A DNA stretch of 64,000 bases, from the NCBI GenBank assembly GCA_944323475.1, contig CALUSQ010000004.1:36270-100269 (forward strand), in the 5' to 3' direction. The translations under genes were made by a program, and so were the position numbers. The notes under the pieces were generated by a model. That model did no database searches and was not told the origin of the DNA. It saw nothing but the letters and a program-made list of their open reading frames with translations. Each line of letters begins with the position of its first letter. Positions within the stretch are counted from its first letter, which is position 1. Of the stretch, positions 1 to 9,916 are shown piece by piece. This stretch comes from Candidatus Gastranaerophilales bacterium. Its GTDB lineage: Bacteria > Cyanobacteriota > Vampirovibrionia > Gastranaerophilales > Gastranaerophilaceae.

Positions 1-954
1 ATCAAAACCTTTTTGTTCAACAAGTCTTGATACTACAGCAATAAGCGGTTTATCTTGTTCATAAGACAAGCCAAACTGTTCACTTACTGCTTTTTTGTTT
101 TCTTGTTTATATTGAATATTTTTTATACCATAATTTTTAACTAAATTTTTATCTGTTTCAGGATTGTAAACCGTATAATCAACACCGTTTAAAATACCAA
201 GCAGCTTATGAGCATTATGATTTAATGTCCAGTCTAGACCTTTTCCACCTTCATAAGTTTTTATTTCTTTCGCATAATTTGGAGAAACTACAACAATTTT
301 GTCACTGTAATTTATTGCCCCTTTCATCCAATTAAGCATTCCAAAGTGTTCAAGACCCCAACAGTTCCAAACATCTTTGTGATCAATTTGTGCAAAATAA
401 AGTAAATCATCAAACCATTGACCCTGATATGCAATATTGTGAATTGAAAAGAAATTTTTTGTTTCTTTAAAGAACGGATCATCTTTGTAATTTACTTTCA
501 TATAAATTGGAATCATTGCTGTATGCCAATCATTTGAATGTATAATATCAGGTTTAAAATTCAACAATTTTGCATATTCAATTGCCGCATGAGAAAAAGC
601 AATAAATCTTTCATGCTCATATCTTGTATCTATATTTCTTGGATAGATTTCATGAAACGGAGCAAAATATTTACTGTTATCAAGAAAAAAAACATTTACA
701 TTTTCTGTCCCAGGCAATTTTGCCATTTTTAAATTGAAATAATATTGTCCATAGCTGTAATCAATAGTTAGCTTAGAATTAGGTAGCTCTTCAATACCCC
801 ATTTTTGCTGATTTATACAACCATGCAATGGAGTAAAAATGGCAACCTCATGTCCCATTTTTTCTAAAACTTTTGGTAAGCTACCAACAACATCTGCAAG
901 TCCGCCTACTTTAGAAAAAGGTGCAACTTCCGCAGAAACAAACATTATTTTCAT
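1..954 (-). CDS. glgA: glycogen (starch) synthase, N-terminal ~318 codons; 3' end lies beyond the window edge
   Basis: Absent from the ORF track because it runs off the window. Reverse complement from ATG at 954 reads MKIMFVSAEVAPFSKVGGLADVVGSLPKVLEKMGHEVAIFTPLHG... It carries the KVGGLADV motif, then HSNDWHTA and GILNGVD motifs typical of GT5 glycogen synthases. Confidence 0.85.
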   Translation of the reverse strand, partial: MKIMFVSAEVAPFSKVGGLADVVGSLPKVLEKMGHEVAIFTPLHGCINQQKWGIEELPNSKLTIDYSYGQYYFNLKMAKLPGTENVNVFFLDNSKYFAPFHEIYPRNIDTRYEHERFIAFSHAAIEYAKLLNFKPDIIHSNDWHTAMIPIYMKVNYKDDPFFKETKNFFSIHNIAYQGQWFDDLLYFAQIDHKDVWNCWGLEHFGMLNWMKGAINYSDKIVVVSPNYAKEIKTYEGGKGLDWTLNHNAHKLLGILNGVDYTVYNPETDKNLVKNYGIKNIQYKQENKKAVSEQFGLSYEQDKPLIAVVSRLVEQKGFD

Positions 955-1045
955 TGTAAACCCTCTGCTTATACTTTTTGTATAATAATTATAACATCGA
1001 TAAAGGCTAAAAAAAATTATTTTATTGCAGAATTAAAAAATAAAA

Positions 1046-1085
1046 ACAAAAAGACCTTCTTTTAAATCAGAAGGTCTTTTTTATT
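1046..1085 (-). terminator. rho-independent terminator after the permease gene (hairpin readable on both strands)
   Basis: Inverted repeat agaccttct (1052-1060) / agaaggtct (1069-1077), flanked by an A-run and a T-run. Confidence 0.6.
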
Positions 1086-1096
1086 TACATATTTTT

Positions 1097-2725
1097 TTAT
1101 TTTGATTGAATAGCAGCTTGTTCCCTTGCTTCTTTATTGTGTTGTCTTTTTTCTTCTATTTTTTCAATACGTCTGTTTCTTTTATAACCGTATCCTGCAT
1201 AAATACTAATGCCGATTAACAACCACAATGGGAACAATAAAGCTGTTTTACCCATACTTATAATAGCAACTACCATTAATCCACCACATAAAAGTATTCC
1301 TAAAGATGGGAACAATGGTGAAAATGGAACTTTAAACGGTCTGTGTCTTTCAGGATCAGTTTTTCTTAATATCAAAACACCAACACAAACAATAATGAAA
1401 GAAGTAAACACACTAAATATACAAAGTTGAGCAGCTAAGTTCAAATCTAAGAACAAACAACCAATCATCATTGCAATACCAACAACCCAAGTAATAACGT
1501 GAGGTGTTTTGTATGTTGGGTGAACTTTTTTCAATATTGTTGGGAAGAAATTGTCTCTAGCCATAGAGAACAAAATTCTTGTTGCTGCCAATTGCATAAC
1601 AAGCAAAACAGAAGTCAAACCTGTTAAAGCACCAACAGAAATCAATCCTGCAACCCAGCTTTGTCCTGTCATTTGCATAGCATGTGCAATCGGAGCATGG
1701 ATATTAATCATATCCCATCTGACAACACCTGTTAAAACAAGTGCAACAAAAATATAAACTATAGTACACAAAACCAATGTACCAATAATACCTATAGGAA
1801 TATCTTTTTGCGGATTTTTTGTTTCTTCTGCTGCTGTTGAAATAGCATCAAAACCTGTATATGCAAAGAAAATTGTAAATGCACTGACAAGAACACTACC
1901 TATTCCGTTTGGCATAAAAGGAGTCCAATTGTCAGGTTTTACATAAAAAGCACCTACGCCAATAAACAAACCTATAACAAGCAGTTTTATAATAACCATA
2001 ATACCCGCCATGTTTTTAGATTCAGAAATACCTTTAACAAGAATTGCAGTAACAAGCAATATCATCAATATTGCAGGTATATTCACACAAAACGGAATAA
2101 ATCCAAAAATATGAGGAATATGGTCAACAGGGTTCATACCCATTTTTAAATATGCAGCTTTTGCTGAACCATAATCACTGACAAGCCACAATGGCGGATA
2201 CATAATATGATGCATAACTGGCTGCAATACAGCAGGCAAAGCCTTAACATAAGGTTCAAAACCTCTTAAAAATTGTAACAAATAACCTGTCCAACTACAA
2301 GCTACAGCAATGTTTCCGATTGTATATTGAAGCATCAATACCCAACCTACCATCCAAGCAGCTAACTCACCCATTGTTGCAAATGTGTAAGTATAAACAC
2401 CGCCTGATACAGGAATCATTGAAGCAAACTCTGCATAACACAACGCAGAAAAGATACAAGCTATTGCTGCAATTATCATAGATATGATAAGAGCAGGACC
2501 TGCGCCATGTCCATCTGTACCTACGACCGCAGAACCTACCATAGAAAAAATACCGGCTCCAATTACTGCACCAATACCTAATATTATCAAATCTACCCAA
2601 TTAAGTGATTTTTTTAACCCTGTTTCGGCAGATTGTGCAAGCATATCATCGGGATTTTTTGTCTTTAAAAGTTTAGACACAAAATTTTCTACCAGTCCTA
2701 CTTCTGTTACATCTTGTTGGCTCAT
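1097..2725 (-). CDS. amino acid permease (APC superfamily, cationic amino acid transporter-like)
   Basis: 542-aa very hydrophobic ORF. LIILGIGAVIGAGIFS near the N-terminus and FAYTGFDAISTAAEETKNPQKDIP are typical APC-family signatures. Confidence 0.85.
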   Translation of the reverse strand: MSQQDVTEVGLVENFVSKLLKTKNPDDMLAQSAETGLKKSLNWVDLIILGIGAVIGAGIFSMVGSAVVGTDGHGAGPALIISMIIAAIACIFSALCYAEFASMIPVSGGVYTYTFATMGELAAWMVGWVLMLQYTIGNIAVACSWTGYLLQFLRGFEPYVKALPAVLQPVMHHIMYPPLWLVSDYGSAKAAYLKMGMNPVDHIPHIFGFIPFCVNIPAILMILLVTAILVKGISESKNMAGIMVIIKLLVIGLFIGVGAFYVKPDNWTPFMPNGIGSVLVSAFTIFFAYTGFDAISTAAEETKNPQKDIPIGIIGTLVLCTIVYIFVALVLTGVVRWDMINIHAPIAHAMQMTGQSWVAGLISVGALTGLTSVLLVMQLAATRILFSMARDNFFPTILKKVHPTYKTPHVITWVVGIAMMIGCLFLDLNLAAQLCIFSVFTSFIIVCVGVLILRKTDPERHRPFKVPFSPLFPSLGILLCGGLMVVAIISMGKTALLFPLWLLIGISIYAGYGYKRNRRIEKIEEKRQHNKEAREQAAIQSK

Positions 2726-2740
2726 GTAAATATCCTTATA

Positions 2741-3631
2741 TTATTTTACTATTGTTGATTTTTTAAGTAAGGGAAACCCTAACTCTTCTCTTTGTTCAAC
2801 ATACAATTTTGCTACCATCGCAGCCATTCGTCTGACTCTGTTAATAAAATTAATTCTTTCGTCTTTTGAAATTACACCTCGAGCATCCAAAAGATTGAAT
2901 GTATGAGAGCATTTCAAAACATAGTCATAAGCAGGTAATACTAATTTATTTTCTACACAGCTTTCAACTTCTTCTTGAAAGATATCAAACATTTTGAATA
3001 ATCTGTCTGCACTTGAAACTTCAAAATTATATTTTGATTGTTCTATTTCATTTTGAAGATAAATTTCGCCATATTTTAATTCTTTGTTCCACATAACGTC
3101 ATATACAGAATTGACGTTTTGAAGATACATAGCAATTCTTTCTAAACCATATGTCAACTCAAGAGCAACCGGTTTAATCTCCAAACCGCCTACTTGTTGA
3201 AAATATGTAAATTGAGTAATTTCCATACCGTCAAGCCAAACTTCCCAACCTACACCTGCAGCTCCTAATGTCGGAGATTCCCAATTGTCTTCAACAAATC
3301 TGACATCATGTTGAGAAAGATCAATACCCATTGCTTCCAAACTTTTTAAATAAAGCTCTTGAGCATTGTCCGGTGAAGGTTTAAGTATAACTTGATATTG
3401 AAAATAATGACCCAATCTGTTTGGATTTTCACCATATCTGGCATCTGTAGGTCTTCTGCAAGGTTCTACCATAGCTGTATTCCATGGTTCAGGACCCAAT
3501 GAACGCAAAAATGTTGCAGGATTCATTGTAGAAGCACCTTTTTCAATATCATATGGCTGTTGAATTATACAACCGTAGTCTGACCAAAATTTTGATAAAT
3601 TTAAAATTAATTCTTGAAAAGTTAAAGCCAT
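2741..3631 (-). CDS. glyQ: glycine--tRNA ligase alpha subunit
   Basis: The ORF is open to 3706, but recognisable GlyQ sequence starts at [43 protein letters not shown]...[15 protein letters not shown]. An ATG at 3631 gives the usual ~296 aa. Confidence 0.9.
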   Translation of the reverse strand: MALTFQELILNLSKFWSDYGCIIQQPYDIEKGASTMNPATFLRSLGPEPWNTAMVEPCRRPTDARYGENPNRLGHYFQYQVILKPSPDNAQELYLKSLEAMGIDLSQHDVRFVEDNWESPTLGAAGVGWEVWLDGMEITQFTYFQQVGGLEIKPVALELTYGLERIAMYLQNVNSVYDVMWNKELKYGEIYLQNEIEQSKYNFEVSSADRLFKMFDIFQEEVESCVENKLVLPAYDYVLKCSHTFNLLDARGVISKDERINFINRVRRMAAMVAKLYVEQREELGFPLLKKSTIVK

Positions 3632-3781
3632 TCTCTCTTGATTTCCAGTCACTTTTAATCTAGTGTCATAACCTACGAAAAACTCAAGTTCCCGTCTTAT
3701 ATTCACTTTTCATAGCACTAAAATTTCGTTAAATTGTTCTGTTTATCATCACGAAACTACCACGTGCTTCTAAGCTTTAAC

Positions 3782-3810
3782 ATTATAATATAATAAAATT
3801 TATTTTACAA
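3782..3810 (-). promoter_or_regulatory. sigma70-like promoter for glyQ
   Basis: On the minus strand: TTGTAA (3810-3805), 17 nt spacer, TATAAT (3787-3782). This implies a ~150-nt leader before the glyQ ATG. Confidence 0.45.
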
Positions 3811-3868
3811 ACTATTGTAATGATTACACTTAAAATTGTTACATGCGTAAAACTTTTAAAATAAATTT

Positions 3869-4774
3869 TTATTTCAAATAAAAAGCAATTATTGTTAAAA
3901 ATGCAAAAATAACAACAAATTTTTGTACATCATTCATAACATACAAAAATTCTTTTTGATCTTTTATTTCACTATCAATAAAATGCTGAAGATTTCCGAT
4001 TGTTTTTAGTGCAGAAAAAACAGATAAAAATATAATTAAATATTTGGCAGAAAAAACATGCGCATGAATACCTAAAAACAAATTTGCATAAATCAAAAAT
4101 ATTAAAAATATGTACAAATAATACGCATTATTTTTGCTGCCGCTCAATATCGGCAAAGTTCTTTTTCCGTCTTTTTTATCTGAACTATAATCCAAAAAAA
4201 AGTCAGTATACAAAAGAGAAATAGCAACAAAAGCAAAAGAAATAGACATCCATTCAAGTTTTTGAGAAAAACTTCCTGTCATAACATAATAAACACCTGT
4301 AAAAAGTAACGGTGAAAAGATTATGCCTATAACAACTTCGCTCAAACCCAAATAACCTAACCTTGGATAAAAAAGACACAAAACACCTGTGATTATCATC
4401 AATATTAAAACAGGAATTTTATATAAATAAATAAAATACAACCCTATTAAACATGCAAAAACAAAAAATAATGCACATACAATCAATGCTTTTGATAAGG
4501 AAAGACTTCCGTCAAGAAAATATTTGCATTTTCCTTTTTTTAAATTTATTTCATCATTTTCTTTTTTATTTTTTAAAAAACTTTTGTAATCAATAACATC
4601 ATCAAAAAGATTACCGCCAAGATGAACAAAAATAATTCCTAAAAGAGCAATCAAACCATAAACAATTTTTCCACCGTTAAAATATCCCAATGAAAACGGA
4701 ATTGCCCAAGCCATAATTGACATTGGTAATGAGTAAGCTCTAGTGCATTCTAACCAAAAAATAATTTTTTTCAT
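3869..4774 (-). CDS. UbiA-family aromatic prenyltransferase (MenA-like), polytopic membrane protein
   Basis: 301-aa hydrophobic ORF with an NLFDDVID first Asp-rich motif and a DYSSDKKDGKRTL second motif. Confidence 0.75.
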   Translation of the reverse strand: MKKIIFWLECTRAYSLPMSIMAWAIPFSLGYFNGGKIVYGLIALLGIIFVHLGGNLFDDVIDYKSFLKNKKENDEINLKKGKCKYFLDGSLSLSKALIVCALFFVFACLIGLYFIYLYKIPVLILMIITGVLCLFYPRLGYLGLSEVVIGIIFSPLLFTGVYYVMTGSFSQKLEWMSISFAFVAISLLYTDFFLDYSSDKKDGKRTLPILSGSKNNAYYLYIFLIFLIYANLFLGIHAHVFSAKYLIIFLSVFSALKTIGNLQHFIDSEIKDQKEFLYVMNDVQKFVVIFAFLTIIAFYLK

Positions 4775-4908
4775 AAAAAATATTCTATCATAAAATTTGA
4801 CTTAATATTTGTTCACAATACAAAACCAAACTAGCAAAAAATTTTTTGCAAGGATTTCATGCTCATGTAAACTCCTCTATAAACTCCGTAATACTAATTC
4901 TATCCATC

Positions 4909-4945
4909 TCGGCTGAATTCAATAGAAAGAAGCCGATTTTTTTTG
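4909..4945 (+). terminator. weak terminator-like hairpin plus T8 inside the leader of the SpoIID-like gene
   Basis: tcggct (4909-4914) pairs with agccga (4931-4936), followed by tttttttt. No ORF ends upstream on this strand. Confidence 0.3.
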
Positions 4946-5027
4946 TTTATTTACAATTAAAATTACTTTAAATTAACAAACTGACTCGAATTATTTTTTT
5001 ATTATAAAATTTAACTGAGAGAGAACT

Positions 5028-6737
5028 ATGTTAAAAAAGCTTTTTACAACATTATTTTTAATAACATTATTTTCAATATCTTCAACTGTTGCAAACGCCG
5101 TTTGCGCCAATGATGGAAAAATAGTTAAAGTTGGTATTAGCAATACAAATTTTAAAGATTACTATTACAACAATATAACCATCAGTGCGACTAGCAATTT
5201 TCGTTTAACCGACAAAAAAACAGGAAATGTTATTTCAGACTTTGGTGCAGATGAAAATATTAAAGTAGTTATTCAGGATAATTTATTTAATGTGTTTCAA
5301 GAAAACACAAAAATAGCGTCTGCAATTGAAGGACCTATAGAAGTTTCTTCAGAAAACGGCTATGTAACTGTTACAAACCTCAAAAGAGCAGGAAAACCTG
5401 CATATTACAGAGGCACATTTGAAATAACTAAAGTACCTAATAAAAATAATCAATTTAACCTTATAAACGTTTTGGATTTGCAATCATATTTAAAAGGTGT
5501 TGTTCCAAACGAAATGCCTGTAAGATTTGGTGAAGAAGCATTAAAAGCACAGGCTATTCTTGCAAGGAATTATGTTTTAAAACCAAGAGAAAAAAATTAT
5601 CACAATTTTGATGTTTGTGATTCTGTAGCTTGTCAAGTATATTATGGAGCAAATACCGAAAAACCGGAATCCGACAGAGCTGTAGAAGAAACAGAAAACC
5701 TTGTTGCTCTTTATGACGGAGAAATGATTTTGGCACTATACAGCTCAACGGCGGGAGGATATACAGAAAGTTATGAAAATGCATTTTCAACCAATTTTAA
5801 TAACGGAACAAAAATGTTTCCCGGAATGCCAAAACCATATCTAAAAGGTGTACCAGATAATCCAAAAACCAAAGCACTAAATACAGAAAATGATGTAAAA
5901 ACTTTTTATACAACAAAACCTGAAACTTTTGACAATGATTCACCATATTTTCGCTGGACAAAAGAATGGTCAATTGATGAACTTGAAAACGTTTTAAGAA
6001 AAACTCTAAAATCACAATCATCAACAGGCTTTGTAAGCCCAAAATTGACAAAACCTGAAGACTTTGGGCATTTAAAAGAAATTAAAGTTGTTAAAAGAGG
6101 TGTCTCAGGAAAAGCAATGTCTGTAGACATAATCACAGACAAAGGGACTTTTAACGTACAAAAAGAACTTCAAATCAGAAGAGTCTTCCAAAAAAACAAT
6201 ATAGGCCTACCATCTGCAAATGTAATTTTTGAAATACAAACAACAGATACAAATACAAAAAACAAAAAAGATAAAAATGATAACACCACTTGTACAAAAA
6301 AAGTTGTTGCCTACGGTGGAGGTTTTGGTCATGGTGTGGGCATGAGCCAATGGGGTGCAGGCTCAATGGGCAAAAAAGGATATTCTTATGGAGAAATAAT
6401 ACAGCACTATTACAAAAACACCTCAATTGCTACATATCCAATTACATTATCAAACAACAGCGGTCAAGATACAGCAATACAAAGATTTTTTGCAAACTAC
6501 AAAAAAGCAATTCTTGTTGTCGATAACAAGCTTCAATTTACAAAATTGACTGTTGTCATTAACGGACAAGAGTTATTGATAGAAATTCCGCCAACTGTAT
6601 TCAAACCGGAAAGAATTGATTTGACACAGTACATACAAAAGGGAGAAAATAAAATCACTTACATTCTTCCTTACACAAATATGCACAAAAAACCTATAAG
6701 ACTATATCTGGAATTGAAAGAATCGAAAAATGAGTAA
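5028..6737 (+). CDS. SpoIID/LytB domain protein (secreted peptidoglycan-remodelling factor)
   Basis: 569 aa with an N-terminal signal-like segment. Contains EMPVRFGEEALKAQAILARNYVL, DVCDSVACQVYYG, SSTAGGYTES and GFGHGVGMSQWGA motifs of the SpoIID/LytB family. Confidence 0.85.
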   Translation: MLKKLFTTLFLITLFSISSTVANAVCANDGKIVKVGISNTNFKDYYYNNITISATSNFRLTDKKTGNVISDFGADENIKVVIQDNLFNVFQENTKIASAIEGPIEVSSENGYVTVTNLKRAGKPAYYRGTFEITKVPNKNNQFNLINVLDLQSYLKGVVPNEMPVRFGEEALKAQAILARNYVLKPREKNYHNFDVCDSVACQVYYGANTEKPESDRAVEETENLVALYDGEMILALYSSTAGGYTESYENAFSTNFNNGTKMFPGMPKPYLKGVPDNPKTKALNTENDVKTFYTTKPETFDNDSPYFRWTKEWSIDELENVLRKTLKSQSSTGFVSPKLTKPEDFGHLKEIKVVKRGVSGKAMSVDIITDKGTFNVQKELQIRRVFQKNNIGLPSANVIFEIQTTDTNTKNKKDKNDNTTCTKKVVAYGGGFGHGVGMSQWGAGSMGKKGYSYGEIIQHYYKNTSIATYPITLSNNSGQDTAIQRFFANYKKAILVVDNKLQFTKLTVVINGQELLIEIPPTVFKPERIDLTQYIQKGENKITYILPYTNMHKKPIRLYLELKESKNE

Positions 6738-8349
6738 TGAAATAACAAATTCTCAAGAATGTAATAATACAAAAACTCAAAGTTTACTAAAAGCAGCATG
6801 GATAATTGCTTTTGTTACAATAATAAGCAAACTTATAGGCTTTTTAAGAGATGTTGTTATAGCCAATTTTTACGGCGCAGGCATGGTTTCTGACGCATAT
6901 TTTTATGCATACCAGATTCCTGCAATTTCTATTATCCTTTTAGGAGGAATAGGGGGACCGTTTCATAGTGCGGTTGTTTCGGTTTTTTCAAAACTCATCC
7001 CTGACTTAAATGCAAAAGCATCAGATAAGGTAAACAAACTTTTTAATACATTTTTAACCAGTTCTTTTTTGGTTTTTCTTGTATTAGGCATTTTGGTTTT
7101 TGTATTTTCTGATGTGATAATGAAAATAATTATTGCTAACGGTTCACCTCAACTCATTCATCTTGCATCATTACACTTAAAAATTATGGCACCTGTTTTG
7201 GTTGTAGGCGGGGTTGTTGGAATATATTACGGGATTTTGATTGTATACAAAGAATTTTTAATCCCGAATATTTCTCCAATATTAATGAGTGTTGCAATCA
7301 TAGCAATTATCTCTCTTGTACGACATGACAATTCCGGAGTTGTACTGGCTTTGGCAACAACTGTCGGTGCTTTGTGCCAGTTTGTTTATCAATTGCCAAA
7401 ACTAAAATCACTTGGTTTCAAATTTCGTCCAAATTTGGATATTTTTAACAATCCTCAATACAATAATATTTTAGAACTTTTATTCCCTGCTATTTTGAGT
7501 TCTACAGTAGGACAGGTATATATTTATGTAGACATGTTTTTTGCCTCTCAATTGCAAGAAGGCGCCTGGTCTGCTATAGGTTATGCAAACAGACTTTTCC
7601 AATTTCCTGTAGGAGTACTGGTTACAGCATTTTTGGTACCGTTATTTCCTATTTTTTCAAAACTCGTAGGTGAAAAAGATTATGACAACATAAGATATTA
7701 CTTCAACAAAGGTGTTGGACTGCTCAATTTTGTAGCTTTCCCAATTCTCGTTTTGATAATTCTTCTTTCCACAAATGCAATTCAACTGATTTTTCAAAGA
7801 GGAGCATTTAATGAAGTTGCCACAATGATGGTATCCGAAGCCTTATGTTATTTGTCAATTTCTATAATCTTTTATGTTTTCAGAGATTCTATAACAAGAG
7901 TTTTTTATGCATTCAATGATTCAAGAACACCATTTCTTGTTGCATTATCATCAATTGTAATTAAATTTATTCTTAACTTTTTGTTTGTAAAACAATTAGG
8001 TATCGGCGGTATTACACTTTCAACTTCATTTGTAACTTTAATAAACGGCTTTTGGCTCGGATTACTTATCAAGAAAAAAATGCACATGGATTATGGAATA
8101 TATTTTAAAAATCTTTTAAAAATGGCTGTAATATCAGTTGCAACTTATTATGTTTGTTTGGGCGCATACAATTTGTGGGATAAATATTTTGAACCTACTC
8201 AAATATTTTTAATAATCAAAATAGTTTTAATTACCATTATTTGCGCTATAGTTTACAGTGTATTTGCCGCTATTGTAAAAATACCTTATGTATTTGAACT
8301 TTATGGCAGAGCAAAAGGTAAGTTGATGAAATTTAAAAATAGGATTTAA
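6730..8349 (+). CDS. murJ: lipid II flippase MurJ (MviN)
   Basis: 539-aa polytopic ORF. KLIGFLRDVVIANFYGAGMVSDAYFYAYQIP is the canonical MurJ N-terminus. Overlaps the upstream stop by 8 nt. Confidence 0.9.
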   Translation: MSNEITNSQECNNTKTQSLLKAAWIIAFVTIISKLIGFLRDVVIANFYGAGMVSDAYFYAYQIPAISIILLGGIGGPFHSAVVSVFSKLIPDLNAKASDKVNKLFNTFLTSSFLVFLVLGILVFVFSDVIMKIIIANGSPQLIHLASLHLKIMAPVLVVGGVVGIYYGILIVYKEFLIPNISPILMSVAIIAIISLVRHDNSGVVLALATTVGALCQFVYQLPKLKSLGFKFRPNLDIFNNPQYNNILELLFPAILSSTVGQVYIYVDMFFASQLQEGAWSAIGYANRLFQFPVGVLVTAFLVPLFPIFSKLVGEKDYDNIRYYFNKGVGLLNFVAFPILVLIILLSTNAIQLIFQRGAFNEVATMMVSEALCYLSISIIFYVFRDSITRVFYAFNDSRTPFLVALSSIVIKFILNFLFVKQLGIGGITLSTSFVTLINGFWLGLLIKKKMHMDYGIYFKNLLKMAVISVATYYVCLGAYNLWDKYFEPTQIFLIIKIVLITIICAIVYSVFAAIVKIPYVFELYGRAKGKLMKFKNRI

Positions 8350-8352
8350 AAT

Positions 8353-8943
8353 TTGATTTTTGATGATAAAAATTTTGTAGAAAAACTAAACACAACACTC
8401 AAAAATGGCGGCGTTGTTTCTTTTGTTACAGACACGGTTTGGGGTGTTGGGTGTTTGCCAAACTCTGAACAAGGTGTTGAAAAAATTTATGAACTCAAAA
8501 ACCGTGATCGTTCAAAACCTTTGATTTTAATGTCTGACAAAGTAGAACATCTTTTGCCATATGTAAAAAATGTTTCCCCTAAAGCAAAAGATTTGATGAA
8601 AAAACACTTTCCGGGAGCTTTGACATTAATATTTGAAAAAACAGATTTGACGCCTAGTTATATGACTTCATTTAAAAATACTGTAGGCATAAGAGTCCCT
8701 AATAACGAAATATTCAAAAAGCTCTGTGAAGTAGTAGAGGGACATGTCCTTGCGACAACAAGTGCAAACCTTTCTAATCAACCCGCTGCAACTTCTTACC
8801 AAGAAGCTGTCGAAAATGTTGGGAAAAATGTTGACTTTGTTTTTGAAGATTACAATCAAAACTGTCAAGGATTGGCTTCTACTGTTGCATTGGCTATAGA
8901 TGAAAACATAAAAATTCTAAGACAAGGTGAAGTAAAAATTTAA
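8353..8943 (+). CDS. tsaC: L-threonylcarbamoyladenylate synthase (Sua5/YrdC/YwlC family)
   Basis: 196 aa with a TTG start. VSFVTDTVWGVGCLP...KIYELKNRDRSKPLILM and TSANLSNQP are YrdC-domain motifs. Confidence 0.8.
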   Translation: MIFDDKNFVEKLNTTLKNGGVVSFVTDTVWGVGCLPNSEQGVEKIYELKNRDRSKPLILMSDKVEHLLPYVKNVSPKAKDLMKKHFPGALTLIFEKTDLTPSYMTSFKNTVGIRVPNNEIFKKLCEVVEGHVLATTSANLSNQPAATSYQEAVENVGKNVDFVFEDYNQNCQGLASTVALAIDENIKILRQGEVKI

Positions 8944-9914
8944 AGTAAAAATACTACCATTAATGCACCCATCACAAGAGCAGGTCCATATGGCAAAACC
9001 AATGGTTTTTCTCCTTCTTTTATTGATTGCAAAAGCAGTCTGCAACAATGCAGTCCAATACAAGCAACCAATAGATATGCAAACCAATGGAATAAATTTG
9101 AAGTAAAAATATTAAAATATTCGCCTACTGCAAACAAAAATGCTGCAAGGATAAACAAAATTATTGATCCAAACATTTTATAATTTTTATCTTTAAACCA
9201 CTTATACAAAAATACCGGTATAGAAAGCCCACCCCAAATAAATATACTCAAAATCAAAATTACTATGGCATTTGCTATTCCAAAAAATGAACCTAAAGCA
9301 CCTAAAATATAGGCATCTCCTTCACCAAAACATTTCTTTTTTGTGATTAATTTTGCAATAAGAGAAATCAATCCCATCACCGCAAAACCACCAATCAAAC
9401 CCAAAACAGAATGAATGAATGCCTGAAATATAGTTATTTTTAAACCTAAAAACCAAAAAGTAATTTTTGTACTGTCTTCTCCGGCAAAATTAAAAAAATT
9501 GTAAACCAAACCTAATATAATAAGAAAATATGCATGACCATCTAAAATAACTCTTTCTTTAATATCAGTAACAGACATAACAATACACAAAGATAATGCT
9601 GCCATAATAAAAATTGTATTAACAGTCAATCCGTATTTGTAAAAAACACCAGCAAAAACTAAACCTGTAAAAAGTTCTACCAAAGGATACTGTATGCTTA
9701 TTTTTTCATTACAATAACGGCATTTCCCTTTTAAAAATAAATATGAAAGTAACGGTATATTATCGTACCAAGCAAGTTTGTGAGAACACTTTGTACAGTG
9801 AGAAGAAGGCAATACAATAGACTCTCCGGATAAACCTCTTAAAATCACAACATTCAAAAAACTGCCGATACACAAACCTATAATAAAAGCATAAACTATC
9901 CAAAACGTTGTCAT
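8940..9914 (-). CDS. pilD: type IV prepilin leader peptidase / N-methyltransferase (A24 family)
   Basis: 324-aa polytopic ORF. Zinc-ribbon-like CTKCSHKLAWYDNIPLLSYLFLKGKCRYCNEKISIQYPLVELFTG, then GEGDAYILG (second catalytic Asp region). Confidence 0.85.
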   Translation of the reverse strand: MTTFWIVYAFIIGLCIGSFLNVVILRGLSGESIVLPSSHCTKCSHKLAWYDNIPLLSYLFLKGKCRYCNEKISIQYPLVELFTGLVFAGVFYKYGLTVNTIFIMAALSLCIVMSVTDIKERVILDGHAYFLIILGLVYNFFNFAGEDSTKITFWFLGLKITIFQAFIHSVLGLIGGFAVMGLISLIAKLITKKKCFGEGDAYILGALGSFFGIANAIVILILSIFIWGGLSIPVFLYKWFKDKNYKMFGSIILFILAAFLFAVGEYFNIFTSNLFHWFAYLLVACIGLHCCRLLLQSIKEGEKPLVLPYGPALVMGALMVVFLL

Positions 9915-9916
9915 AA

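Noticed and set aside
538-732. 64-aa plus-strand ORF at the left edge
   Set aside because: It lies antisense inside the partial glgA gene, which reads cleanly on the minus strand to the window edge.
3632-3706. N-terminal extensions of track ORFs (glyQ to 3706, ftsW from 17603, comF from 43579, response regulator to 51110, BlaI-like to 55105)
   Set aside because: The extensions overlap neighbouring genes or lack homology. Internal ATGs coincide with the start of recognisable family sequence and, for 51044 and 55027, with strong RBS motifs.
3632-3790. T-box riboswitch upstream of glyQ
   Set aside because: Only a weak resemblance exists (CGTGGTAGTTTCGTG versus the conserved GGTGGTACCGCG T-box). 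No specifier-loop/AGAGA architecture or terminator/antiterminator pair could be traced, and the leader is shorter than typical T-boxes.
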